From an uncultured Candidatus Saccharibacteria bacterium (GTDB taxonomy: Bacteria > Patescibacteriota > Minisyncoccia > Phycocordibacterales > Zambryskibacteraceae), in contig CAYUOR010000002.1 in assembly GCA_964446535.1 (NCBI GenBank), positions 43,372-107,371 on the forward strand: a stretch of 64,000 nt of DNA. The letters run 5' to 3'. How positions within the stretch are numbered: position 1 is the stretch's first letter; each line of letters starts with the position of its first letter. Under the pieces are notes generated by a model. The model had not been told where the DNA came from, ran no database searches, and was given only the letters and a program-made list of their open reading frames with translations. Both the position numbers and the translations under genes were made by a program. Below, in pieces: positions 17,153 to 26,183 of the stretch.

Positions 17153-18883
17153 ATGAAAAATCAAAATTCTATTTCATATAATCGGGGACAGGCGATGATG
17201 GTTGCCACCATACTTTTTCTTGTAGTTTCACTCACCATTATTTTTGGCATTAGTGCACCAATTTTGAAACAGCAAAAAATAACTTCGCAACACGTACTTT
17301 CTCGTCAAAGTTATTTTCTAGCAGAAGCCGGGCTCGAAGATGTTCTCTTTAGACTTAGAACAGGAAAACCCGTCGGTGCAAACGAGACTATCAGCCTTAA
17401 CGGATCTAGCGTGACCATCGTCACGACTGATGTTTTTGACGGCAAAGAAGTGGTGGCCACAGGTAATGCTGGCGAGGCCGTGCGCAAGGTTAGGGCAGGG
17501 GTCACAATGGGTGTTGGAGCAGTGTTCGGCTACGGTGTGCAAGTTGGAGCTGGCGGGCTTACTATGGGCAATAACTCCGTCATTAACGGCAGCGTCTATT
17601 CAAATGGCAATATAACCGGTAGTGGCAATATTACGGGCACTGCTTTTGCCGCCAATTCTTCCGCTCTTAGTGCTGACCAAACAAATGATTCCGGAACTCC
17701 GGCGTATGATATAACTTTTGGCAACGCAAATGGTACCCAGGATTTTGCTCAAAGTTTTCAAGTTAGCGCAACTGGTGTTGTTAATAAAGTTGACCTATAC
17801 ATAAAAAAGGTTAGCACCCCCGGTAATTTAACTGTAAGAATTGTTTCAAACTCCGGATCAAATCCAAGCTCAACCACTCTAGCATCAGGCACACTTTCTG
17901 CTTCACTAGTTTCTACTAACTACGGCTGGGTCAGTGTGCCCCTATCTTCAAATCCGGAATTAACCGTTGGCACTACCTACTGGATAGTCATTGATGGGGT
18001 CACCAACTCTTCTCGCTATTACATTATTGGGGCAAATGATAATGGATATGGAAACGGTACAGGTAAAATTGGACAACATTCTGGCACTTGGAATAACACG
18101 ACCCCTTCCGGACTTGATGGTTTTTTTAAACTATATATGGGTGGTCTGACCGGACTTATTAGTGGTATTAACATTGGCTCTGGTGGTGTCGGCAATGCTT
18201 ATGCGCACACGGTAAATAATTCTAATATTGCTGGCACCAATTATTGCCAAACCGGAACCGGCAATAATAAACCATGCAACACATCTCTACCCGACCCCAC
18301 GCAGGTAGCCATGCCTATTTCCGAGCAGAATATTTTAGATTGGAAAGCAGATGCAGAAGCTGGTGGCACTATTTCCGGAAATTATACTTTGAACGACAAT
18401 ACTGGCACCTTGGGACCAAAGAAAATCACCGGCAATCTAACAGTTCAGAATAATGCAGACCTTACATTAACAGGAACAGTTTGGGTAATGGGAAATGTAT
18501 TGATTGATAACAATGCGACAGTCAGACTTGATTCAAGTTACGGCACGTCTGATGGAGTCATGGTTGCTGACGGCACAATTACAATCCAGAACAATGCCAC
18601 TTTTGCTGGCTCGGGCTCTCCCGGGAGCTACCTCATGACACTCTCCACCTCTAATTCAACGAGCGCTATTACGCTTAACAACAACGGCGGTTCAGTAATC
18701 CTCTATGCCGCCAACGGCACTGTTAATTTAAGCAATAATGGAAGTGCCAAGTCTTTAAATGGAAAGTTTATAAACCTGAACAATAATGCCGTGGTGATTT
18801 ATGATAGTGGGCTTGCAAATTCAAACTTCGTCAACGGTCCATCCGGGGGTTGGGATATCTCAAGTTGGCAAGAGACCGAATAA
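17153..18883 (+). CDS. Large PilX-N-domain pilus-associated protein with G/N/T-rich beta-helix-like repeats (putative tip adhesin)
   Basis: N-terminus RGQAMMVATILFLVVSLTIIFGI resembles the PilX N-terminal domain; the remainder is rich in NGxxTG repeats. Confidence 0.5.
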   Translation: MKNQNSISYNRGQAMMVATILFLVVSLTIIFGISAPILKQQKITSQHVLSRQSYFLAEAGLEDVLFRLRTGKPVGANETISLNGSSVTIVTTDVFDGKEVVATGNAGEAVRKVRAGVTMGVGAVFGYGVQVGAGGLTMGNNSVINGSVYSNGNITGSGNITGTAFAANSSALSADQTNDSGTPAYDITFGNANGTQDFAQSFQVSATGVVNKVDLYIKKVSTPGNLTVRIVSNSGSNPSSTTLASGTLSASLVSTNYGWVSVPLSSNPELTVGTTYWIVIDGVTNSSRYYIIGANDNGYGNGTGKIGQHSGTWNNTTPSGLDGFFKLYMGGLTGLISGINIGSGGVGNAYAHTVNNSNIAGTNYCQTGTGNNKPCNTSLPDPTQVAMPISEQNILDWKADAEAGGTISGNYTLNDNTGTLGPKKITGNLTVQNNADLTLTGTVWVMGNVLIDNNATVRLDSSYGTSDGVMVADGTITIQNNATFAGSGSPGSYLMTLSTSNSTSAITLNNNGGSVILYAANGTVNLSNNGSAKSLNGKFINLNNNAVVIYDSGLANSNFVNGPSGGWDISSWQETE

Positions 18884-18917
18884 ATAGTTCTGGCGCTCTT
18901 GTTATATAATAGGACAA

Positions 18918-19679
18918 ATGCCGAAACCATTATTGGTAGCAAATTGGAAGAATTATCCGAACTCCATCGACGAAGCCAGACTACTCCTAGCTAAACTAGC
19001 AAGGGCTAAAAGATATTTGAAAAAAACTGCATTTTTCATCGCACCACCATTACCGTACCTTGAAGCGGTGGCCGACAGGGCAAAAAGCTTTTCTCAACTT
19101 GCCTGCCAGGATGTGATGGAAGCGCCTAGCGGCACATACACAGGTGTTGTTACCATGGACATGCTTAAAAGCCTAGGCACGAGACTTGTAATTCTTGGTC
19201 ATAGCGAGCGGAGAGCTTTGGGAGAAACCAATGAGCAGATTTCTCGCAAGGTGAAAAATGTTCTTCGCGCCGGCTTGGCCCCGATCGTTTGTGTCGGCGA
19301 ACCATCTCGGGACCACGAGGGGAGACACTTCGAATTCTTAAGGGAGCAGATAAAGGCATCTTTATTCGGCTTAACCAACAAGACTGATGCCTCAAAAATA
19401 ATTGTCGCCTATGAACCTGTTTGGGCTGTGGGTAGCAAGGCGCTTGGTGCAATAGAGCCGAGCGATTTAGCCGAATCGGTTCTTTTCATAAAGAAAGTTT
19501 TAAACGATATTTTCGGACGTAAAATTGCCGATAAAATTTCCATTCTCTACGGCGGCTCTGTTGACGCCTCAAACGCTAAAAAACTTTTCACCAAGACGGG
19601 TATCAGGGGTTATCTTGTCGGGAGAGCATCACTCAATGCTAAGGTTTTCGAGAGTATTGTTAGGGAGTTACTTTCATGA
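18918..19679 (+). CDS. tpiA: Triosephosphate isomerase
   Basis: ANWKN..., catalytic ILGHSERR and AYEPVWAVG motifs. Confidence 0.85.
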   Translation: MPKPLLVANWKNYPNSIDEARLLLAKLARAKRYLKKTAFFIAPPLPYLEAVADRAKSFSQLACQDVMEAPSGTYTGVVTMDMLKSLGTRLVILGHSERRALGETNEQISRKVKNVLRAGLAPIVCVGEPSRDHEGRHFEFLREQIKASLFGLTNKTDASKIIVAYEPVWAVGSKALGAIEPSDLAESVLFIKKVLNDIFGRKIADKISILYGGSVDASNAKKLFTKTGIRGYLVGRASLNAKVFESIVRELLS

Positions 19680-20713
19680 TGAAAACAATTAATGAAGCAA
19701 AAGATTTGAAAGACAAACGTGTTCTGGTGCGGGTGGACTGGAGCGTACCTGTGGCGGGTGAAGAGGTGGTAAGTGATTATCAGATTCTAAAAACTCTTCC
19801 GACCATAGAATATCTTAAAAATTCTGGGGCCAAAATAATTATCGCAAGCCACATGGAGCGCGATGCAGATTCACTTAAACCGATTTACAATTATGTAAAA
19901 AAGTTTTTACCCGAACTTACTTTTGTTAAGAAAAGCAACCTAATGCTTTTAGAAAATCTCCGCCACCATGCAGGTGAGAAGGACAATTCTCCAGAATTCG
20001 CCAAAAAACTCGCGAAAATGGCCGATATTTTCGTCAATGAAGCTTTTCCGGTATCGCACAGGCAGCATGCTTCAGTCGTTGGGGTACCAAAGCTTCTGCC
20101 TAGTTATGCCGGACTACAACTTGCACGCGAAATTGAGGTGTTATCCAAAGCCTTTTACCCAAAGCATCCCTTTCTCTTTATTCTAGGTGGAGCAAAGTTT
20201 GACACCAAGCTCCCGCTACTTAAAAAATTTATTCACGTTGCCGACAAAATCTTTGTTGGCGGCGCTCTGGCTCACAACTTTTTCAAAGAAATGGGGCGCG
20301 ACATAGGGGACTCTCTTGTCAGTAGTGGCGACTATGACCTCAGAGAGCTTCTCCAGACTGATAAAATTTCTTTACCCGAAGACACTATTACTGAGGGCAC
20401 AAAGATTATGGATGCCGGACCGATTACTCTAGAGAATCTTCGCCGTAAAATTATGAATGCGCAATTAATTCTTTGGAACGGTCCCCTGGGCGCCTACGAG
20501 AGGGGATATCGGACGGCGACCCTTGAATTAGCCAAGATGATTGCCGAATCCGGCCGTGAGTCGATTATCGGCGGGGGCGACACTTTAGCTGCCGTAACGG
20601 AGCTCAATATTTTTGATAAATTTACTTTTGTCTCTACTGGCGGTGGAGCTATGCTTGATTTTCTTTCTTCTGGTACCCTACCCGGAATTGAGGCACTTAA
20701 AGAGAGCGTATAA
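19676..20713 (+). CDS. pgk: Phosphoglycerate kinase (short form)
   Basis: KRVLVRVDWSVP N-terminus, SHMERD, and a C-terminal GGGD-type region; start overlaps the tpiA stop. Confidence 0.8.
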   Translation: MMKTINEAKDLKDKRVLVRVDWSVPVAGEEVVSDYQILKTLPTIEYLKNSGAKIIIASHMERDADSLKPIYNYVKKFLPELTFVKKSNLMLLENLRHHAGEKDNSPEFAKKLAKMADIFVNEAFPVSHRQHASVVGVPKLLPSYAGLQLAREIEVLSKAFYPKHPFLFILGGAKFDTKLPLLKKFIHVADKIFVGGALAHNFFKEMGRDIGDSLVSSGDYDLRELLQTDKISLPEDTITEGTKIMDAGPITLENLRRKIMNAQLILWNGPLGAYERGYRTATLELAKMIAESGRESIIGGGDTLAAVTELNIFDKFTFVSTGGGAMLDFLSSGTLPGIEALKESV

Positions 20714-21062
20714 TTTTTTCCGCGTTCGTTTTAAAATCGTTTTTGTCGCCTTCGACTCCCGAGTTGGGGAAAACCCAGATATGAGCATGCTCCACCTCAT
20801 CGCCGACAATTCTTGAAAGTATAAAATCAGTGTTAAATGCTTTCTGTAATGCCTTGGCGATTTTTCGTGCCACCTCGAAATATTCACCCGCATTCGGCAC
20901 ATCCCAGACCCAGCGATAGTGCTTTTTCGGGATTACTTGAGTGTGTCCGGGAGACTGAGGATTAATATCCAGGAAAGCTAAAAAGTTTTCGTCTTCGTAA
21001 ACCTGGTGTGAAGGTATTTGGCCCGAAACGATTTTACAGAATACGCATTTTTCGTTTTTCAT
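20697..21062 (-). CDS. HIT family (histidine triad) hydrolase
   Basis: CVFCKI...PGHTQVIPKKH. Confidence 0.85.
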   Translation of the reverse strand: MKNEKCVFCKIVSGQIPSHQVYEDENFLAFLDINPQSPGHTQVIPKKHYRWVWDVPNAGEYFEVARKIAKALQKAFNTDFILSRIVGDEVEHAHIWVFPNSGVEGDKNDFKTNAEKIIRSL

Positions 21063-21063
21063 A

Positions 21064-21966
21064 TTAATAACTTCTGGAGTTAATTAATCTGCCGAACCTG
21101 TCATATAGTTCTATTGTTTCGTATTCATTTGCCCACATTTCCCAACCCCTACCCAGAAAAACCCTCCATGTCTTACCGTAGAAATCTTCATCATTCACGT
21201 GTGAAGCAATACAGCCCGCGTAGCTGAAACGCTCTTTGATAAAGGCGACACAAGCGCCTGAAAGCGGCTTACCATTTACACAATTACGACAAACGGAACC
21301 ATCGGCCTCCCTGGTGTTAAACTCCGGTGTCTGACAGCTCGGCAGACGCTCTATGAATTTCCGACATTCTACATCAAGATATTCGAGCCCCCGCTCTTGA
21401 GACGGGCGCGGGCAGCTCCTACTTAGGGCGGGGGTAAATTTGTATTCATCCGTATTTTCAAGGTAGCCACTACAAATATTTTCTTTAAAACTTACAATTT
21501 TGTAAGGAGCTTCGACAGTAATAGCACCCGTTGTAATTATTGCTCTCTCGCCACGCTCAAGAATAATATCAAGCATTAAATTGTTGTTGCTTGGTGAGAG
21601 GAACGGGGTGCCGCGTCCGATGTAGGCAATATCGGGGGCAAAGTAGCGCAACTGGCCACCGATGTTGTATGGACGCTTGTCCTTGGCGTTTTTCAGATAC
21701 CAGCCCGTAATATTTATCGGATCTCGTCCGCGGTTATTTATTATTATGTATTCTTCAAATGACTGATAAGATCTTGCCGCGTTACCAGTACTTATAGACA
21801 CCTCAACCTCGCTTGACACCTCTCTCGAGACAACATTCTCTTTTCTTTCTGATACAGAGGTCTTTTCTCGCGATTGCGTGCTCGTTCTGCCTAGAGAAGT
21901 AATAATTAAAGCAATAATTACCACGACTAGTATCACCACGCCCTCGGTCGTGCTGCTTTTTTTCAT
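21064..21966 (-). CDS. Membrane-anchored protein with lamin-tail-domain-like segment and Cys-rich C-terminal region (hypothetical)
   Basis: N-terminal TM helix; IINNRGRDPINITGWYL resembles the LTD motif; 10 Cys in the C-terminal half. Confidence 0.5.
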   Translation of the reverse strand: MKKSSTTEGVVILVVVIIALIITSLGRTSTQSREKTSVSERKENVVSREVSSEVEVSISTGNAARSYQSFEEYIIINNRGRDPINITGWYLKNAKDKRPYNIGGQLRYFAPDIAYIGRGTPFLSPSNNNLMLDIILERGERAIITTGAITVEAPYKIVSFKENICSGYLENTDEYKFTPALSRSCPRPSQERGLEYLDVECRKFIERLPSCQTPEFNTREADGSVCRNCVNGKPLSGACVAFIKERFSYAGCIASHVNDEDFYGKTWRVFLGRGWEMWANEYETIELYDRFGRLINSRSY

Positions 21967-22034
21967 AGAACCATATTAATACAGCCGCAGGCTTAATCAA
22001 AATACATTATTTCTCGCGTGCTAAAATATGTTCA

Positions 22035-23681
22035 ATGAAATACTTCCCAGAATTATTTGAGGCCATGCTTCAGGAGCGGGGTCTTTCGGATGGTGAACGC
22101 GACAACTTTCTTAATCCAGATTATGAGAAGCTCCACGACCCGCTTCTTTTACCCGATATGGCACGAGCCAGAGACAGGCTAATCGGGGCCCTGAAAAATA
22201 ATGAACATATCACGATTTTTTCCGACTATGATGCGGACGGTATTCCAGGCGCTGTGGTACTCTCAGATTTTTTTCGTAGGATTAATTATGACAACATTTC
22301 TTTTTACATCCCGCACAGGCACAACGAAGGATTCGGACTCAGTCTTGATGTCATTGAAGAATGTCTAAGGCGTGGGACAAGTCTTCTTATCACCATAGAT
22401 TGCGGCGTTGTTGATTTCGACGAGGTACTTCACGCTCAAAATAACGGCATAGACGTCATCATCACCGATCACCACAAAACGAAAGACAAACTGCCAAAGG
22501 CCTACGCTGTTATAAACCCAAATAGGGAAGACTCTAAGTACGAATTCAAAGAGCTTTGCGGTTCTGCCGTTGTTTTCAAACTCGTGCAGGCGGTGATGAA
22601 TACCAACACCCTTGGAGTAAAGCCCGGACTAGAGAAGTGGTCTCTGGATATGGTGGCTATCGCCACTCTTTCTGATATGGTTCCGCTTCTTGGAGAAAAC
22701 AGGATTCTGTCTCGCTTTGGACTTGAAGTCTTGCGCAAATCGCCGAGACCGGGACTCGCCGCCCTTTTTAAGAGAGCGCGTCTTGATCAGAAAAATCTTA
22801 CCGAAGACGATGTGGTCTTTATGATTACACCAAGAATAAACGCCGCCTCACGTATGGGTGTTTCTGAAGATGCCCTGAAGCTTTTACGCACGAACGATCC
22901 GATAGAGGCCGACAGGCTTTCACTCCACCTGGAGAAAATAAATAACCAGCGCAAAGGTGTTGTAGCAAGTATTATCAAAGATGCCAAATCGCATCTCGAC
23001 AAAAGAGAAAAGATTTCAGAAGTAATAGTTATAGGCAATCCCGAGTGGCGCCCCGGTCTTTTGGGTCTTGTTGCAAATTCTTTGGTAGAAGAATACGCCA
23101 GACCCGCCTTCGTCTGGGGTCGGGATGGGAACGGCTTACTCAAGGGATCTTGTCGTGCACCGGAAAATTTTGATCTAGTCAAACTTATGAATTTTACCGC
23201 GGACTATTTTACCGAATTTGGCGGACACGCCGGTGCTGGCGGATTTTCCACCAGCTTTGAAAACCTTTTGGTTCTTGAAGAAAAACTTTCTCTGGAGGCT
23301 GCAGAGGCGAAAGTTTCTGTTGAGAACGTGACCTCGGCGATAAGTTTACCGATAAGCCTCTCCGATATAGGAGAAAATTTGTGGCAGACCGTTTCTCTCT
23401 TTGCTCCATTCGGTGTTGGGAATAGGAAGCCGATTTTTAAGATTCCTAATGCCGAAATTAAATCAATAAAAACATTCGGCAAAGAGGGGAACCACTTGGA
23501 GGTACTCTTTAATGGCGGAAGTCGGGAAGTTAAGGCGATTTCTTTCTTTTCCAGTCCTGAAAATTTCGGAACCCCGCTTCTTCCCGGGATAAGAGTTAAT
23601 GTTTTGGCCAATCTGGAAAAGTCTTATTTTGGCAGTCGTCCAGAACTTAGGCTAAGAATTCTCGATATTATAAAAATATGA
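22035..23681 (+). CDS. recJ: Single-stranded-DNA-specific exonuclease RecJ
   Basis: DHH motifs FSDYDADG and ITDHH; DHHA1 region. Confidence 0.85.
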   Translation: MKYFPELFEAMLQERGLSDGERDNFLNPDYEKLHDPLLLPDMARARDRLIGALKNNEHITIFSDYDADGIPGAVVLSDFFRRINYDNISFYIPHRHNEGFGLSLDVIEECLRRGTSLLITIDCGVVDFDEVLHAQNNGIDVIITDHHKTKDKLPKAYAVINPNREDSKYEFKELCGSAVVFKLVQAVMNTNTLGVKPGLEKWSLDMVAIATLSDMVPLLGENRILSRFGLEVLRKSPRPGLAALFKRARLDQKNLTEDDVVFMITPRINAASRMGVSEDALKLLRTNDPIEADRLSLHLEKINNQRKGVVASIIKDAKSHLDKREKISEVIVIGNPEWRPGLLGLVANSLVEEYARPAFVWGRDGNGLLKGSCRAPENFDLVKLMNFTADYFTEFGGHAGAGGFSTSFENLLVLEEKLSLEAAEAKVSVENVTSAISLPISLSDIGENLWQTVSLFAPFGVGNRKPIFKIPNAEIKSIKTFGKEGNHLEVLFNGGSREVKAISFFSSPENFGTPLLPGIRVNVLANLEKSYFGSRPELRLRILDIIKI

Positions 23682-24151
23682 CGGAAATTTATACCGACGG
23701 CGCTTCTCGCGGCAATCCAGGACCTGGGGGCTGGGGGGTAGTCGTTCTCTCTGAGAGAGAAGTAAGAGAGCTTGGCGGTGGAGAGCCCCGCACGACCAAC
23801 AATAAAATGGAGTTAACCGCCGCAATTCGGGCTTTAGAAGCCTGTTCCGATAAAAAGCTGACCATTTACACCGATTCAGAGTATGTTGCTAAAGGTATGA
23901 CCGAGTGGATATTCAATTGGCAGAAAAAAGGTTGGAAAACAGCAAACAAAAAACCAGTTTTAAACCAAGATTTATGGCAAAAGCTCTCTTCTCTTGCCGA
24001 AGACAGAGAAATTTCTTGGAAATATGTGCCGGCGCATAGCGGTATTCGCCTTAACGAACGAGCCGACGAAATTGCCACCGGCTTTGCCGACGCAGTTTCG
24101 GGTGCCGAGAAGCCAAAGCTTTTCCATGGACCGAAAAACGCGTACCGATAG
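23678..24151 (+). CDS. rnhA: Ribonuclease HI
   Basis: TDGASRGNPGPGGWG...ELTAAIRALE...TDSEYV catalytic DEDD residues. Confidence 0.9.
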   Translation: MTEIYTDGASRGNPGPGGWGVVVLSEREVRELGGGEPRTTNNKMELTAAIRALEACSDKKLTIYTDSEYVAKGMTEWIFNWQKKGWKTANKKPVLNQDLWQKLSSLAEDREISWKYVPAHSGIRLNERADEIATGFADAVSGAEKPKLFHGPKNAYR

Positions 24152-25610
24152 TATCTTTGCAATAATTTTTGGATTTATTATTGGAGTTTTTGCTGCTTCA
24201 TTTTATCAATCCAACATTTTCCTTGTTCTTTTTATCATCTTTTTGGGCTGTGCTGTTTTGTTAACCGATAAACTAAGAAGCAGGCTTATTAGTAGAGAAA
24301 GCTTACTTATATCTCTTGTACTAATTGCTTCTGGGTTAGGCATTTTCCGCTATGAGATCAAAGATTATTACGTTCCACTAAAGCCGTCTGAGACAGGCAT
24401 TGTCATTAGTGAGCCGGAACAAAGGGAAAATACCACGCGTTTTGTTTTCAAGGCCGACAATGGAGAAAAAGTTTTGGTTAACACAGATTTATACAGCCAT
24501 GTTCTATATGGTGACAGGGTGAAGGTCTCTGGAAAACCAGTCATTCCAGGATTAATAGAGAACGATGATGGGCTAAGGGTGTTTGATTACGGAAAATATC
24601 TTGCCAAAGATGATATTTACCTCGTTTTAAATTTCGTCGAGGTCGAAATCGTCTCGCGGCAACATGGAAATCCGCTCAAAAACTTTTTATTTAAAATTAA
24701 AAATAGTTTCACAGCTAAAATAAAAGAAATACTTGCCGAACCATATGCCAGCTTACTTTCCGGGCTTATTGTTTCTGGTAAGGGCGCCATGCCGCGCGAT
24801 ATTTTGGAAGAATTTCGCCGTGCAGGAATTATTCATATTGTCGTACTTTCTGGCTACAACATAACTATTATCGCCGAATTCATCAGAAGATTTTTCCAGA
24901 GTGTTTTTCTCGCGACCAGAGCCAGGTTCGCCTTACCACTCAGTATCGCCGCCTCAGTTTTCGCCATTTTAGGCTTTGTGCTTATGACTGGTGCCGAAGC
25001 AACGGTAGTACGTGCCTCTATCATGGTGCTGGTAGTTATAGTTGCGAAAATGTTGGGCAAAATCCACTCCGCACCCAGAGCACTTCTTATCGCCGGTTTC
25101 CTAATGGTTATTCATAATCCAAAGATTCTTGTTTTCGATCCCTCTTTTCAACTATCTTTTCTTGCCACCCTTGGTCTTGTTTACGCAGCACCGCTCTTTG
25201 AGAGAATTTTTAAACAGGTACCAGAAAAATTTGGATTTAGAATTATCCTCTCCACAACACTAGCGACACAACTCTTTGTTCTACCTTTTATTATTTACTC
25301 AATAGGTGATTTTTCTCTGGTATCTCTTTTGTCCAACCTTTTAGTTCTTGCGGTGATTCCTCTTACAATGCTTCTAGGTTTCCTTGCCACTCTACTTGCC
25401 TACTTAGGCACTATTTTTGCACTACCTCTTGCCTATCTAGCACACATTCTCCTTGCCTGGATTCTTTTCGTGGCATCAACTTTAGGCAACCTATCGCTTG
25501 CGTCAATATCGGTCCCCCCAATCTCCCCCGTGGCTTTGGCTTTGTTTTATCTGATACTCGCTCTTATTTTCTGGCGGCTAAAAAATTATTCTCAACATTC
25601 TCCCAATTAA
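24126..25610 (+). CDS. comEC: ComEC/Rec2 DNA-uptake channel, N-terminal part (DUF4131 + Competence domain) lacking the metallo-beta-lactamase domain
   Basis: polytopic membrane protein with the Competence-domain motif LSGLIVSGKGAMPRDILEEFRRAGIIHIVVLSGYNI; the start at the internal ATG at 24126 overlaps the rnhA end. Confidence 0.7.
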   Translation: MDRKTRTDSIFAIIFGFIIGVFAASFYQSNIFLVLFIIFLGCAVLLTDKLRSRLISRESLLISLVLIASGLGIFRYEIKDYYVPLKPSETGIVISEPEQRENTTRFVFKADNGEKVLVNTDLYSHVLYGDRVKVSGKPVIPGLIENDDGLRVFDYGKYLAKDDIYLVLNFVEVEIVSRQHGNPLKNFLFKIKNSFTAKIKEILAEPYASLLSGLIVSGKGAMPRDILEEFRRAGIIHIVVLSGYNITIIAEFIRRFFQSVFLATRARFALPLSIAASVFAILGFVLMTGAEATVVRASIMVLVVIVAKMLGKIHSAPRALLIAGFLMVIHNPKILVFDPSFQLSFLATLGLVYAAPLFERIFKQVPEKFGFRIILSTTLATQLFVLPFIIYSIGDFSLVSLLSNLLVLAVIPLTMLLGFLATLLAYLGTIFALPLAYLAHILLAWILFVASTLGNLSLASISVPPISPVALALFYLILALIFWRLKNYSQHSPN

Positions 25611-26160
25611 GATTCGCGAAAAATGCTTCAACATATTTTTTCTTCTCCGACGGTGTGTAGTCTATAAAATATGCGTGTTCCCACATATCAAGAACAAGAA
25701 CAGGGGAGAGGCCAACGAGCTGCCCAAGATGGTGCTCATCTACCCAAGCGTTAATTAACCTCTTTGTTTCTTTGTCGTAATAGAGAATTGCCCAACCGAT
25801 ACCGCGCGTAAGAGCAATTGCTTTAAATCTGTTGAGCCACATATTAAAATCGCCCCACTCACTCTCAATCGCCTTTTTAAGTTCACTTTTTTCATCGAGT
25901 GTTGTTGTCCCACCTTCAAAATGCGCAAAATAGTATTCATGGTTTCTCATTCCATCAAATTCAAAACCAAAGCGGCGCTGGAGCTCTCCCAAGGCATAGG
26001 CATTTGCCTCGCTCTCTTTTGCGTATTCCTCAATTTTTGCCAAGATGGTATTGGTGTTTTTGACGTAACCCGAGTAGAGTTTCAGGTGTTCTTCAATAGC
26101 TTTTTCGCTGAGGCCGTTTAATTTTGGAATGCTGAATTTTTTTTCTTCGAATAGTTTCAT
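25564..26160 (-). CDS. sodA: Fe/Mn superoxide dismutase
   Basis: H-x3-H N-terminus and C-terminal DMWEHAYF signature. Confidence 0.9.
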   Translation of the reverse strand: MKLFEEKKFSIPKLNGLSEKAIEEHLKLYSGYVKNTNTILAKIEEYAKESEANAYALGELQRRFGFEFDGMRNHEYYFAHFEGGTTTLDEKSELKKAIESEWGDFNMWLNRFKAIALTRGIGWAILYYDKETKRLINAWVDEHHLGQLVGLSPVLVLDMWEHAYFIDYTPSEKKKYVEAFFANLNWENVENNFLAARK

Positions 26161-26183
26161 ATTAGAGACATTATACTATAAGC

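Noticed and set aside
23994-24125. Upstream part of the 538-aa comEC ORF
   Set aside because: Overlaps rnhA in another frame. The first hydrophobic helix of ComEC follows the internal ATG at 24126, so the longer reading is an artefact.
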